A stretch of 64,000 bases of DNA from an uncultured Alphaproteobacteria bacterium (GCA_963800985.1 CAWDDI010000034.1:70165-134164); one strand, 5' to 3'; positions 46,510 through 56,586 are shown, counted from the first letter of the stretch. The notes: a model not told the origin generated them from the letters alone. Numbers and translations: made by a program.

Positions 46510-48642
46510 CTACAGCCTCAGGAGCCAGGCCTCCACGCTCCCCTTGCCCTTGACCTCGATCGTGCCGCGCGGCTCGAAGGCGAACCGATCCTTGAGCTGG
46601 TCGTAGACCGCCCGCGTCACCTGAACCGAGTCAGGAATGCCGACCGATTCCATGCGGCTCGCGAGGTTCACGGTATCGCCCCACAGGTCGTAGATGTACT
46701 TGCTCCGGCCGATGACGCCGGCCACCACCGGGCCGCTGTTGACGCCGACCCTGAGCTTCATCGAGACGTTGTGCTCCATGGCGTGCTCCCGGGTGATGTG
46801 GACCATGCGGATCGCCATGCGCACCATGCGCTCGGCGTGGTCCGGTACCGGCACGGGCAGGCCGCACACCGCCATATAGGCATCACCGACCGTCTTGATC
46901 TTCTCAATACCGAGGTCCTGGGCCGCGGAATCGAATCGTGTGAACAGCCCATTGAGGAAGGTGACGACGTCGTGCGGCGGCATTTCCGACGTCAGCGCCG
47001 TAAAGCCAACAAGGTCCGCGAAGGCGACCGTGACCTCGGCAAAGCCGTCGGCGATCTGCTCTTCACCGCCGCGCAGCCGGTTGGCGATCGGTGCCGGCAG
47101 GACGTTGAGGAGAAGCGCTTCGTTCTCGATGTTCTTCCTCTCGATAACGGCATTCTTCTCGCGCAGGTCCTCGACCATGCCGTTGAAGGCGGAGCAGAGC
47201 TGACCGACCTCGTCCTTCGTGCGGACCGACACCGTGGCATCGTAGTCGCCGGCCGCGAAGCGCTTTATCCCGACAGTCAGCTCGCGCAAGGGGCCGAGCA
47301 AGGCCCGCGAAAGCCAGGCCGCCGTGACGGCCACGGCCAGCAGCGCCAATCCTCCGACGATCAGCAGACCCCGCCGCAGCCTGTCGATCGGTGCGAAGGC
47401 CTCCGCGGTGTCGATCTTGGCGACAAGGGCCCATGAGACTCCGGGAATTGCGAGCGGTCCCCACGATGCCAAGGTCGGAACGCCACGATAGCCTATGATC
47501 TCGCCGGTGCCCTCGGTGCCGGCGAGCGCGGCTCTGGTCGCCTGAGTGTCGATGCGCTGGTGCATCACAGGCGATCCGTAGCGCTGAATCGTCGCGATCT
47601 CCTCTGACGAGGCTCCAGCATTCTTCAACTCAGCGAAATAGAGGTCGCGGTTCTCGTAGAAGGCCCGCGGACCGGAACGCACGAGATGGTCGGGTCCGAC
47701 GAGGTAGGCCTCGCCCGTGGCGCCGAACCCTTCCTGGCGCCAGCGGCGGCCGCCGGTCACGACGTTGTCGATCTCTTCGTTCGACAGCTGCGCGATCAGG
47801 ACGCCGACGACAATGCCTTGATCGATCACCGGTGCCGCCATGAAAGCGATGGGGGCGCCGCCCGATGGCGCGTAAGGGGCGAAATCCTCGAGGCAGACGG
47901 CCGACCGATCGGCAACGGCAACGCAGCGTGCGACCGCGGCGGCAACGTTGGAGCGGCGGTAGGGACCCTCGTGGAGCGACGTGGTGAAATCCACCTCCTT
48001 CTCGACGGTGTAGATCAAGCGGCCGGATTGGGGGTCGGCCAGCATGAAATCGAAGAAGCCGACTGTCGTGGCGGCGGCGCGCATGAGTGGATGATAGATG
48101 GCATGCAATCGGCTGTACTCGCTGCCGTCGCGAGCGTCGTCGAGGAGCTTGCGTAGCGGTGCCGGATGTGAATTGGCGACGATGTAGTGGTACTGGAGAT
48201 AGTAGGGGGCAGAGCCGACGGGGCGGTAATCCGTGAGATCGGGCTCCCTGCCGAGAACCCGCTTCATTTCAGGGATGAAATGCTCGGCGTACCAGTCGCT
48301 GACCTTTTTGCGCAGCTCGGGCGGCGTACCTGCCCGCTCGAGGTCGTTGACCGCCGCCCGGAACTCGCGCGCCGCCTCGACGACCATCTTGGAGGTGGCG
48401 AGGAGGCGCAACTCGGCATGGATGGTGCGAAAGTACGTCTCGACCTGGCGCGTCTTGGTCTGACGGGCGGTCGTGAGCTGATCGAAGACCACTTTCTCAA
48501 GCGTCTCGCGGGCGCGAACATAGCCGAGCACACCGGTGACCAGGACCGCGATCGCTCCCATCAGGATCAAAGTCGCAAACAGCTTTGCGGCCAATCCCCA
48601 GCGCACAGGGCGGAATGAGTTGGTTGTGTCGGCAGCGCGCAT
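46510..48642 (-). CDS. Membrane sensor adenylate/guanylate cyclase (periplasmic Cache-like domain, HAMP, class III cyclase)
   Basis: TM1 'LFATLILMGAIAVLVTGVLGYV', a second TM and HAMP 'LLIVGGLALLAVAVTAAWLSRALLGPLRELTVGIKRFAAGDYD'. Cyclase motifs 'VAFADLVGFT', 'KTVGDAYMAV' and 'YDLWGDTVNLASRME'. Confidence 0.9.
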   Translation of the reverse strand: MRAADTTNSFRPVRWGLAAKLFATLILMGAIAVLVTGVLGYVRARETLEKVVFDQLTTARQTKTRQVETYFRTIHAELRLLATSKMVVEAAREFRAAVNDLERAGTPPELRKKVSDWYAEHFIPEMKRVLGREPDLTDYRPVGSAPYYLQYHYIVANSHPAPLRKLLDDARDGSEYSRLHAIYHPLMRAAATTVGFFDFMLADPQSGRLIYTVEKEVDFTTSLHEGPYRRSNVAAAVARCVAVADRSAVCLEDFAPYAPSGGAPIAFMAAPVIDQGIVVGVLIAQLSNEEIDNVVTGGRRWRQEGFGATGEAYLVGPDHLVRSGPRAFYENRDLYFAELKNAGASSEEIATIQRYGSPVMHQRIDTQATRAALAGTEGTGEIIGYRGVPTLASWGPLAIPGVSWALVAKIDTAEAFAPIDRLRRGLLIVGGLALLAVAVTAAWLSRALLGPLRELTVGIKRFAAGDYDATVSVRTKDEVGQLCSAFNGMVEDLREKNAVIERKNIENEALLLNVLPAPIANRLRGGEEQIADGFAEVTVAFADLVGFTALTSEMPPHDVVTFLNGLFTRFDSAAQDLGIEKIKTVGDAYMAVCGLPVPVPDHAERMVRMAIRMVHITREHAMEHNVSMKLRVGVNSGPVVAGVIGRSKYIYDLWGDTVNLASRMESVGIPDSVQVTRAVYDQLKDRFAFEPRGTIEVKGKGSVEAWLLRL

Positions 48643-49137
48643 GAACCAACTTTAACCGATTATTCGAGGTCTTGGGGATCCCAGATGAGCGTCAGGGGTG
48701 CTCGCCAATGCGTTCGAGGTTCCGGCGCGAGCTTCTTGCCGTCCTGGACTGGCTCGAAGCTCACAACGGCATTTGATCGACCTTGTTGGGCGCTCCGAGC
48801 GGCATGGTCGCTCAGGGTCGGCCTTTGCGCGCCACGGCCAGCCGGAGGACCGTCCGACGTGCCTGGGCCGCCGCCCGGCGTGAACAGGCCCTCTCGTCAG
48901 ATTGGCTCCCGAGCCGATCACAGGTCGACTTGTGTCGATCTGGCAGTGCTCCTCAGGGGCACCCTGCCCTTTTCGGAGGGCCATGGCAGCCGTGGCGAGG
49001 GCACTAGGGGCAATGGGTGCCGCCTACCGCGGTCGCCTCTCCTGGCGAGGCCGCTGCGTCAATGCCCGCGTGAGCCATGCGCGCCGAGGTCAGGCGGATC
49101 CCGACTGGCCGGCGTGACGGATACGCACGCCTTTGGA

Positions 49138-50025
49138 CTAATTGCCGACTCGGTTCGCCTGCACCATCCGGTACATGCCTTCGATGTTGAGCGGAAAGGT
49201 CTCCTTGTAGCCGGACCATTGCTCATACTTGGGAAGCTTGATCGACTGCTTCATCTCGTCGAGCGATTTCCCGTCGCGAATTGCCTGAACGACCGCATTC
49301 TTCAAATCTTCCATGTACTCACGGAATTGGCTGACGTTGCCCTTTCGGCCGAGGGGGCCATGGCCAGGCGCCAGAACGTCGAAGTCCATTGCCTCGACTT
49401 TCTTAAGGCTTTCGATCCAGTCGTCGAGATAGGAGTCGGGAAAATCCCGGAACGCGACGCTGTCGACCGGGATGAAGTCGACCGCGAACAGCACTCGCTC
49501 GTTCGGAAAACGCATCACGATCGAGTTGTTTGAATGGTTGCGTCCGACATAGGCGAGTTCGACGGTCGTGCCGCCGAGCTCGATCGTCATCCGGTCCGAG
49601 AAGGTCACCTGAGGCACGGCCGTCGGCCGCTTTTCGCCGATGATGACGGGCCTTGCATTCTCATGGGCAATGATAAGCGCAGTATCGGCGAACACCTCTC
49701 CGCCTGAGATGTGGTCGGCGTGGTCGTGGCTGTAGATGAGATACCGGACCGGCTGGTTGAACCGGGTCTGCAGCTCGGCTTTCAACCAGCGCGCGGCGTC
49801 GGCGTTGATCGGATCGGTCGCAATGATTCCAGCAGGCGTCACGGCGAAGACCGAGCTATGGAAGTTATTTCGGAACATGTAGAGCTCGCCGGCAATCTTG
49901 CTGATCTCGCGTCGGGCCGGCTGCTGGGCTTCGGCGGGTCGGATTCTTGCGAGATCTGATTGTCCAGCGACGACGAGAGCCGCGAGACCGACGAACAACC
50001 GTCCGAGAATGACGCCGAGACGCAT
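49138..50025 (-). CDS. Exported MBL-fold metallo-hydrolase
   Basis: 'YLIYSHDHADHISGG' (HxHxDH). Signal peptide 'MRLGVILGRLFVGLAALVVAG'. ATG 50025 is preceded by 'gggaggg'. Confidence 0.88.
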   Translation of the reverse strand: MRLGVILGRLFVGLAALVVAGQSDLARIRPAEAQQPARREISKIAGELYMFRNNFHSSVFAVTPAGIIATDPINADAARWLKAELQTRFNQPVRYLIYSHDHADHISGGEVFADTALIIAHENARPVIIGEKRPTAVPQVTFSDRMTIELGGTTVELAYVGRNHSNNSIVMRFPNERVLFAVDFIPVDSVAFRDFPDSYLDDWIESLKKVEAMDFDVLAPGHGPLGRKGNVSQFREYMEDLKNAVVQAIRDGKSLDEMKQSIKLPKYEQWSGYKETFPLNIEGMYRMVQANRVGN

Positions 50026-50299
50026 GGTCGACCCTCCCACGAAGAGGCCCCGCAACGGGCGGCAGCATCCACGAGGTTAACAAGCGATTTCCTGGGCGGT
50101 GATCACGATCGCGGGAGCCGTTCGCGCGCGACTGAAAGCGAGACCAAGGCGGCGTAGGGCAAGGAGCCAGCAGAACGCTACGGCTCGGCAGCGGCAGGCG
50201 TCCGCTCGTCTGGACTAGAATGCAAGCCGCCGGCCTCCTACTTTGTCGCAGGAGTGGACGCAATCCGACGCTCGGGTCTTTTCGACAGGATGAAAATCG

Positions 50300-50473
50300 A
50301 TGCTGAAATGGGCTCTTATCTTCTTCGTCATCTCCGTCATCGCAGGCGTGCTTGGGTTCTCCGGCATTGCGGCAGGCGCGGCGACGGTCGCGAAATGGCT
50401 ATTCTTCATCGCGCTCACGATCTTCGTGATCTTCCTTGCGGTGGCGCTGATCGTCGGCGAGGCTTTGTTCTAG
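50300..50473 (+). CDS. DUF1328 (UPF0391/YtjA-like) small membrane protein, 57 aa
   Basis: Not in the ORF track (<60 aa). '[57 protein letters not shown]' is the canonical DUF1328 sequence pattern. 'agga' lies 9 nt upstream. Confidence 0.85.
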   Translation: MLKWALIFFVISVIAGVLGFSGIAAGAATVAKWLFFIALTIFVIFLAVALIVGEALF

Positions 50474-50622
50474 CCCAGCTTGGTGCCGGGCGGCAGACGA
50501 GAGGGCGCGAGGACGTCGTCCGCCAGCGAGCGCGAGCGTCGGCCGTCGCTCCCGACGTTCGTACTCCGGCAAATTCCAGAGCACGCGCCATGTCTTCAAA
50601 TGTCGGGGATCCGTCGACCTGA

Positions 50623-51045
50623 TCAGCCCGGCCAGAACAGAAAGAGCGACACCAACATCAGCATGCCCAACGCGATAAGAACCGCCGCCGACAGCCGGAT
50701 GCTGCTCGTGCTTGGGCGAACGGGATCAGGCCGTTGCAGGGATGGCTCCGGCGGCCCGTGAGCTTGCGTCGCTTCGGAACGTGGTCGAACGACATCCGAG
50801 CGGGGATCGGTGTGAGTATCCGTTGTGACGGGTCGAAGGGGCACCGGCCGTCCGGGACCGGGCTGCAGGAGTGCTGGATCGAGATCGACTTCGATGCCGG
50901 CCTCCTCGAGTCGGAGGATCAAACTGGCGAGCTCCTCGAGCGGCACTAGGCCGATCGGCACGAGCCTCTGCACGTCCTCGGTCGTGATCCGACCGTTGCT
51001 TCGGCCGATCTTGATCAGCTCCTCGAGCGTTCGCTCGTCGATCAT
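50623..51045 (-). CDS. Stand-alone sigma-70 region 1.1-like domain with a C-terminal transmembrane anchor
   Basis: 'LEELIKIGRSNGRITTEDVQRLVPIGLVPLEELASLILRLEEAGIEV' follows the RpoD region-1.1 pattern. C-terminal 'LSAAVLIALGMLMLVSLFLFW'. ATG 51045 has 'ggag' 8 nt upstream. Confidence 0.65.
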   Translation of the reverse strand: MIDERTLEELIKIGRSNGRITTEDVQRLVPIGLVPLEELASLILRLEEAGIEVDLDPALLQPGPGRPVPLRPVTTDTHTDPRSDVVRPRSEATQAHGPPEPSLQRPDPVRPSTSSIRLSAAVLIALGMLMLVSLFLFWPG

Positions 51046-51316
51046 CTGCCGTCTCCAGGTTTCCGCAGGTCGGTCCAACAAAGCTTGAGCAGTGCGTTTG
51101 CGCCCGAATCGGCTGCGGCGCCTCCTTTCACGCGTCGAGCGATCCGAATCTCGCACGACTTTGTGCCCTCACCAACGAAAGAATGGGCACCGCCCATGGT
51201 GCCCCTTCCCCTCGAGAACGGGACCGGCGACCGCCCGATGCTAGCCATATCCTACGGTGCACGCGGGCGTGGGTGCAGCCGTTTCGCCCGACCGCACCCG
51301 CTCGACCGCTCGCTGA

Positions 51317-51341
51317 AACGGCGCTTAACGTCTCATGTTCC
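51317..51341 (-). promoter_or_regulatory. Candidate EcfG-type (general stress sigma) promoter, GGAAC-N16-CGTT
   Basis: The minus strand reads 'GGAAC atgagacgttaagcgc CGTT'. It overlaps the last codons and stop of the PRC-barrel gene and points at the sigma-1.1-like gene. Confidence 0.4.
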
Positions 51342-51921
51342 CTTCGAACTTGAATTCGGGCGCTTTCTCGAGGTTCTCCCGCGTCGCGTTGACGACGGCG
51401 CGGATCGACCCGCCTTCTCCCCGGGTGATCACCACCGAGCCCGGCTCCACGGCCACATTGCGATCGCCGATCCCGAGAAACCCGCCGACGCTGATCACGA
51501 TCGCGCGGATGGTGCGACCTTCGTCGATGATCACGTCCTCGACCTCGCCGATCTCCTCGTTCTGAAGATTGTACACGTCCGTATCCATGAAATTCGACAT
51601 CAGCATGTCGACTGGCCGCACGGCGTAGAACGTCAGGCGAACCGTCGCGGGATCGACGGCGCGGATACCGGGCTGGGTGGTGGATCCTGGCGAGGTCGCG
51701 CCCGCACTTGAACCGCCGGCGGACGGCTGCGCCGAGGGTGGCGGCGTTTGAGCAGGTGGTGGAGCCGGCTGGGCCTGGTTGGCTGGCGGCGGAGTGGTCG
51801 ATTGCGCCGCGGCAGGTAACGGGTGGAGCGCGCTCGCAGTCAGTCCAGCCATGCACGCAAAGCTCCAGACGTATGCTCCGAGGCTCGATTTTCGCCGTTC
51901 GCTTGAAATACGTTCCTGCAT
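51325..51921 (-). CDS. PRC-barrel domain protein with a Pro/Ala/Gln-rich linker, exported
   Basis: 'DVYNLQNEEIGEVEDVIIDEGRTIRAIVISVGGFLGIGDRNVAVEPGSV' is a PRC-barrel. ATG 51921 is preceded by 'gaggag'. Confidence 0.82.
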   Translation of the reverse strand: MQERISSERRKSSLGAYVWSFACMAGLTASALHPLPAAAQSTTPPPANQAQPAPPPAQTPPPSAQPSAGGSSAGATSPGSTTQPGIRAVDPATVRLTFYAVRPVDMLMSNFMDTDVYNLQNEEIGEVEDVIIDEGRTIRAIVISVGGFLGIGDRNVAVEPGSVVITRGEGGSIRAVVNATRENLEKAPEFKFEGNMRR

Positions 51922-52178
51922 TGGGATCTCCTCAGCCTGCAAGTTCGAGAACCAGTCGCCGGAGGGCTCATAGAGGGAACGAAGCAGCGGAGTACTCGTT
52001 GCGCCGGGCGGCGGGCTTCTCAGTACGCCGCCGTACCGAGGGACGAAGCGTCTTGCGCGGCCTCGTGGCGAGGCGGATCGAAAACAGCCGTACGGAACGG
52101 CTCTCATTCTCGCGGTCCTCGCCGCGTCCCTGACCGCTCCCGTGTCCATCGGATCAGCGTCGTTCGAAAATCCCGAGA

Positions 52179-52493
52179 CTAATCGTCCAGCTCGCGCTCA
52201 TCGTCGGAGAGCACGAGGTTCCCCGACGCGAGTTGCTGATGCAAGAGACAGAGCAGCTGGACGAGCGGCTGGCGTTCCTTCTGATGCCGTTGCTCGAGTT
52301 GTCCGAGACGCCAGTCCTTCCACGGCTGCGGATGGAGCGCGCCTTCGATCGCGCCGCGCTCATGCTCGTAACGTCGGTCGACGTCGGCGAGGTGAGAGAG
52401 CGTGCGCTCCATGGCGAGTTCGAGATCCATGCTGCTGGGCAGACTCGGCCAGCGACACGGTCCAGGTCTATTGAGCACATGGAGATTCGACAT
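52179..52493 (-). CDS. Hypothetical protein (104 aa)
   Basis: 'ggagga' lies 8 nt upstream of ATG 52493. High GC3 from 'MDLELAMERTLSHLADVDRRYEHERGAIE...'. No family recognised. Confidence 0.5.
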   Translation of the reverse strand: MSNLHVLNRPGPCRWPSLPSSMDLELAMERTLSHLADVDRRYEHERGAIEGALHPQPWKDWRLGQLEQRHQKERQPLVQLLCLLHQQLASGNLVLSDDERELDD

Positions 52494-52507
52494 GTGACAT
52501 CCTCCGA

Positions 52508-53347
52508 TCACGCTGCGAGATTTGTGCACGCCGTTTCGCGACCCGGGTCGATGCGGGAGCTGTCTTCAGGGGTGCACACGAAGCGCTGGTATTCACTCCT
52601 GGTCGCGCGGTAGCATTCGCAAGCTTCCGCCTTCAGACCGGCGCGATCAGCGATCACCAGGCGCCCGCGCCCGCGATGAAGCAGGCCCGCTTCCTCCATC
52701 TGTCCCATCGCGATCGTGACGCCTGCCCGCCGGACGCCGAGGGCGCGACTCAGGGCCTGGTGGGTGAGCGGGATCTCGTCGCCGTCGATACGGTCATGCG
52801 TCATGAGCAGGCAGCGCGCGAGCCGCTGGCGAAGCGAATGGCAGGTATTGCACGCGGCGAGCTGCGCCGTCTCGACCATGCGCGCCTGGACGTATCCGAG
52901 CAGGACCTCGCGAAAACGGGGGATATCGTCCAGGGCCCGGCAGAGATCATCGGCACTGATCCGGAACGCAGAACCCGGCACCTGCACGATGCAGCGATGC
53001 GGCGTCCGTCCGGTGGAGAGGACGAGCGGAAGGCCGACGAAGTCGCAGCGTCCAAGCAAGCCCACCTCGAGAGTTCCGCGCCCGGCCACGCGCAAGTGCA
53101 GCGCCGCCGCCCCCTGTTCGATGAAGTAGGCATGTCTAAGGGGTACGTTCCGCTCGTAGAGGACCTGGCGGCGCTTGAGCTCGACCCGCTGAAGACTCGG
53201 GCGGAGCTCGGCCAACGCCTCGTCGGGCAACGCGCGAAGCACTCCGTTTCGGCAGTCGGACTCGGAGCGGAAAAGGTCCGGAACCGCGGTTTTGGCAGGT
53301 CCCGACGGTGCGGGGGGACACGAGGTCCGGCCAAGAGTGGTCAGCAT
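52508..53347 (-). CDS. Crp/Fnr-family transcriptional regulator
   Basis: cNMP-binding-like N-domain 'LRALPDEALAELRPSLQRVELKRRQVLYERNVPLRHAYFIEQG'. C-terminal HTH 'LTHQALSRALGVRRAGVTIAMGQMEEAGLL'. Start uncertain (53347 ATG or 53383 GTG). Confidence 0.82.
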   Translation of the reverse strand: MLTTLGRTSCPPAPSGPAKTAVPDLFRSESDCRNGVLRALPDEALAELRPSLQRVELKRRQVLYERNVPLRHAYFIEQGAAALHLRVAGRGTLEVGLLGRCDFVGLPLVLSTGRTPHRCIVQVPGSAFRISADDLCRALDDIPRFREVLLGYVQARMVETAQLAACNTCHSLRQRLARCLLMTHDRIDGDEIPLTHQALSRALGVRRAGVTIAMGQMEEAGLLHRGRGRLVIADRAGLKAEACECYRATRSEYQRFVCTPEDSSRIDPGRETACTNLAA

Positions 53348-53493
53348 TGGACAAGCTCCAGAATGACTGCAAGGCGCCGGCACGACGGCCAGCCGGTCCT
53401 GGCTCGGTTTTGTTGAACGATGGGCTGTTCGAAGGCTGCGGAGTAGTCAGGCAGCACCGCGGGGAGCGTCAGGGAAAGCCTGACATCAAAGCG

Positions 53494-54165
53494 CTACGAG
53501 GACTCGAGGCCCTCGATCCAGCCTTGCGAGGCACCGTAGCGCACGATGTCGGCGCGGGTGCGAAGGTTGAGCTTCACCGCAGCCCGCGCCTTGTAGGTCT
53601 CAACGCTCTTGATGCTGATCTCCAGGCGCGATGCGATTTCCTTGTTGGCGTAGCCCTGTGCCGTCAGCCTCAGAACGTCCCGCTCGCGCGGACTGAGGTC
53701 CTCGAGGACCTGAGCGCCTTCCGATCGGCGAGCCGGATCCAGAGAACGACTGAGCGCCTTCGCTGCGACAGCGGGATCGAGATAGATCCCCCCAGTGGCC
53801 ACGGCGCGGATCGCATGCGGCAGGTCCTCGGCCGCCGTGCGTTTGAGAAGATAGCCCCGGACGCCGGCCTGAAGCAGACGCTGAACGTAGGCCCGATCCT
53901 CGTGGACCGTCAAAGCGAGGAGCTTCACATGGGGGCACCGTTTCGCCAGTTGCTCGGCCAGTTCAAGGCCGTTCAGCTCCGGCATCGAGATATCGAAGAC
54001 GGCGACATCGGGCAGCACCCGGCAGATCAGATCGAGCGCCGCCGTCCCGGTGAGCGCCTCCCCGACCACCTCGAAGCCGGGTGCACTCTGGAGCAAGGCC
54101 TTGACCCCCGCCAGTACGACCGGGTGATCGTCGGCCAGAGCGACGCGGATTGCGGTCACGGTCAT
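53494..54165 (-). CDS. NarL/FixJ-type response regulator (REC + LuxR HTH)
   Basis: 'RVALADDHPVVLAGV...DVAVFDISMPELNG' REC domain. 'LSPRERDVLRLTAQGYANKEIASRLEISIKSVETYK' HTH. The start overlaps the kinase stop. Confidence 0.92.
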   Translation of the reverse strand: MTVTAIRVALADDHPVVLAGVKALLQSAPGFEVVGEALTGTAALDLICRVLPDVAVFDISMPELNGLELAEQLAKRCPHVKLLALTVHEDRAYVQRLLQAGVRGYLLKRTAAEDLPHAIRAVATGGIYLDPAVAAKALSRSLDPARRSEGAQVLEDLSPRERDVLRLTAQGYANKEIASRLEISIKSVETYKARAAVKLNLRTRADIVRYGASQGWIEGLESS

Positions 54166-56399
54166 TGGCCGGCTGCGGGAACGGGGACCTGAATGAACAG
54201 CGTCGTGCCCACCCCTGGCGCGGCCTCGATCGTGAGAGAGCCGCCGAGAACGGCCAGGCGCTCGCGCATTCCCGTAATGCCGAGACACACACGCCCGTTC
54301 TCTCCGATGAGCTCAACGTTTTGATGGCCCGTCCGGTCCAGATCCATTCCAACCCCATCGTCCTCGACCACCAAGCGGAGCAACATCTCGCGGAATTCGA
54401 GCACGATGCTGACGCTCTGCGCCGCCGCATGCTTCACGACGTTCGTGAGAGCCTCCTGCACCACCCGATAGACGGCGGTCTCGATCGAAAGCGGGAGCGG
54501 CCGAACCTGCCCGATGACTTGAAGATCGACCGGTATCCCTGAGATCTTAGTCCATTCCTCGGTATACGCGGTGAGCGCCTTGGAGAGACCAAGATCGTCG
54601 ATCGCGGTGGGGCGGAGATCGGACGCGGCCCGGTGGATGTCGCGTCCAATCTCATTGGCGAGTTCCCGGAGCCATTGCACCTGCTGGCGCGGTCCATCGA
54701 GGGGCGCTCCGGAATCGAGCGCCTTTTCGAGACCCTTAAGACCCAGCGACAAGCCCGTCACCGTCTGGCCGACCTGATCGTGCAGCTCGCGCGCAATGCG
54801 ACGCTGTTCGTTCTCCTGCGCCTCCGAGAGTCGCTGCAGCAGGCGCAGGCGCTCCGTTTCGGCGCGCTTGCGCGGCTCGACGTCCGAGATCACGCCATGA
54901 ATAACGGCGCTCGTGGGATCGTCGCTCGATGGCCGCCGTCCAATGAGGCGGACCCAACGCGTGGTCCCGTTCCGGCGAACCGCACGCACCTCGAGGTCGA
55001 TCGGCTCGTTATCGTCAAGGCACTTCCGCAGGGCGCCCTTGACTGACGTTCGATCCTCGGCGGCAAGTGCGGCAAGGAAACGGTCCGCCGGCCAAACGAA
55101 TTCCGGCGCTTCGGCATCGGTCCGAGGAAGATCTAGAAGGTCTCGCAGGCGTTCCGACCCGATGACCTCCCGCGGCCTGCATCCCAGCGCCACATCCCAA
55201 GCTCCGCTGCTTCGACGGCGACAGCTCCTCGCTCCTCGCTAACGCTCAACGCCAACGCGGCTCTGGTCGCCTCCTCCGCCCGGCGCTGGGCAAAATCACG
55301 GCCGACGAGCCACGCGAGCCCGCCGCCGAGCGATAGAGCTGCGAGAGCGCCTGCGAAGAGCGCGATCATCGCTCGCGATACGGGTGCGCTCAAGGCGTCG
55401 GCCGGAATACCGAAGTGAACCGACCATCCGACGGGTCGGACGAGTTTGCGGTAGACCGTCTCGACCTCGACGCCCTCGAAGGTGCGACCGCGGTAGAAGC
55501 CTTCGGGGCCATGCCTTAGAGCGTCCAGAACGATCGGAAGGACCTGCCGGCCGAGTTCGGCCTCTTCGGCAATCGTGCGGGCAACCACCTTTCCGTCAGC
55601 GTCGACGATAGCGCCGATCCAATCGGGTGGAGCACCCGCGGTACGCAGGACGGCGCTGATCCCGCTCGGGACCAGGCCAACGGTGATGACGTATCGAAGC
55701 TCACCCTCGCGGCTGACCGGAACGTGCAACGACACGAGCCGCTTACCGGACAGCTGGCCGACCGGGCCTATTCCTCCAATCACCGCCTTGCGCGTTCGAA
55801 CCGCCTCCTCGAAGCTCTCTTGCGATCCGGAATTGGCCCGAGCGGCTCGTTCAAGGGGCGAAGGATATTGAGGATTTGCTTCCCATCGGGCGTCGCAAGT
55901 GAAACCGTCTCCCACAGGGGTCGCGCAGAGGCCAGCCGCTGCGCCGCATCGTAGAAGCTCATGAGGTTCAGGCGGTCGGAGGTCGATCGCAGCCGGCAAG
56001 GGCTTCCGCTATTTCGAGTTCCTTAGCGAGTTCAGCCGTCACCTGCTCCGCCACGCGTCTGGCGATCGCGACGACCGTGCGTTGGGCCTCGGCTTGGTCC
56101 CGACCGGCTGTCACATAACTCCGCCATCCGGCGAACAGCAGAACCGGGATGGCGGCCGCCAACGTGATGGACGCGATGAGCCGGCGGGCACCGGCGTTCC
56201 GTGTCGTCGCGACCCCGCCGATCCGGTGTCGCAGAGCGACCCACGAGCTCCTCGGCGCCCGAGGATCGTCGCCGGCCGAACGAAAATAACCGTCCGCACT
56301 CAGGCCGGTCGGCTTGTTCCAGATCCTATCCCACACTGGCCACCGCCTGTCGGTTGTTCTGCCGCCCCACAGCGCGCGAGTATGCGACCGTCGAGGCAC
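54162..56399 (-). pseudogene. Sensor histidine kinase (periplasmic sensor, PAS, HisKA_3, HATPase) with at least 3 frame breaks
   Basis: Collinear pieces lie in frames of ORFs 55968..56399, 55780..55962, 55133..55999 and 54162..55193. They are 'RRLIASITLAAAIPVLLFAGW...LEIAEALA', then 'LMSFYDAAQRLASARPLWETVSLATPDGKQILNILRPLNEPLGPIPDR', then 'ESFEEAVRTRKAVIGG...AAELGMWRWDAGR', then 'EVIGSERLRDLL...IARELHDQVGQTV...VVEDDGVGM...GITGMRERL'. Switches lie near 55980, 55820 and 55170. The N-terminal start is undefined. Confidence 0.8.
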
Positions 56400-56586
56400 C
56401 TTTGGTGTCAGGTAATTCCTGACACGACGCTCCCGCGCCGGGGCGGACCTCTGACCTCAAGCATGGTACACTGTCGCACCATATACCTGAAGAGCGGCCC
56501 GACGCGCCGTTGACGTGCTGTCGGGCGGCGGCCTTGATGAGTTCACGGGCGCTCCGCTCTCTACCGAACGTGAGCGCGGCTAAGTC

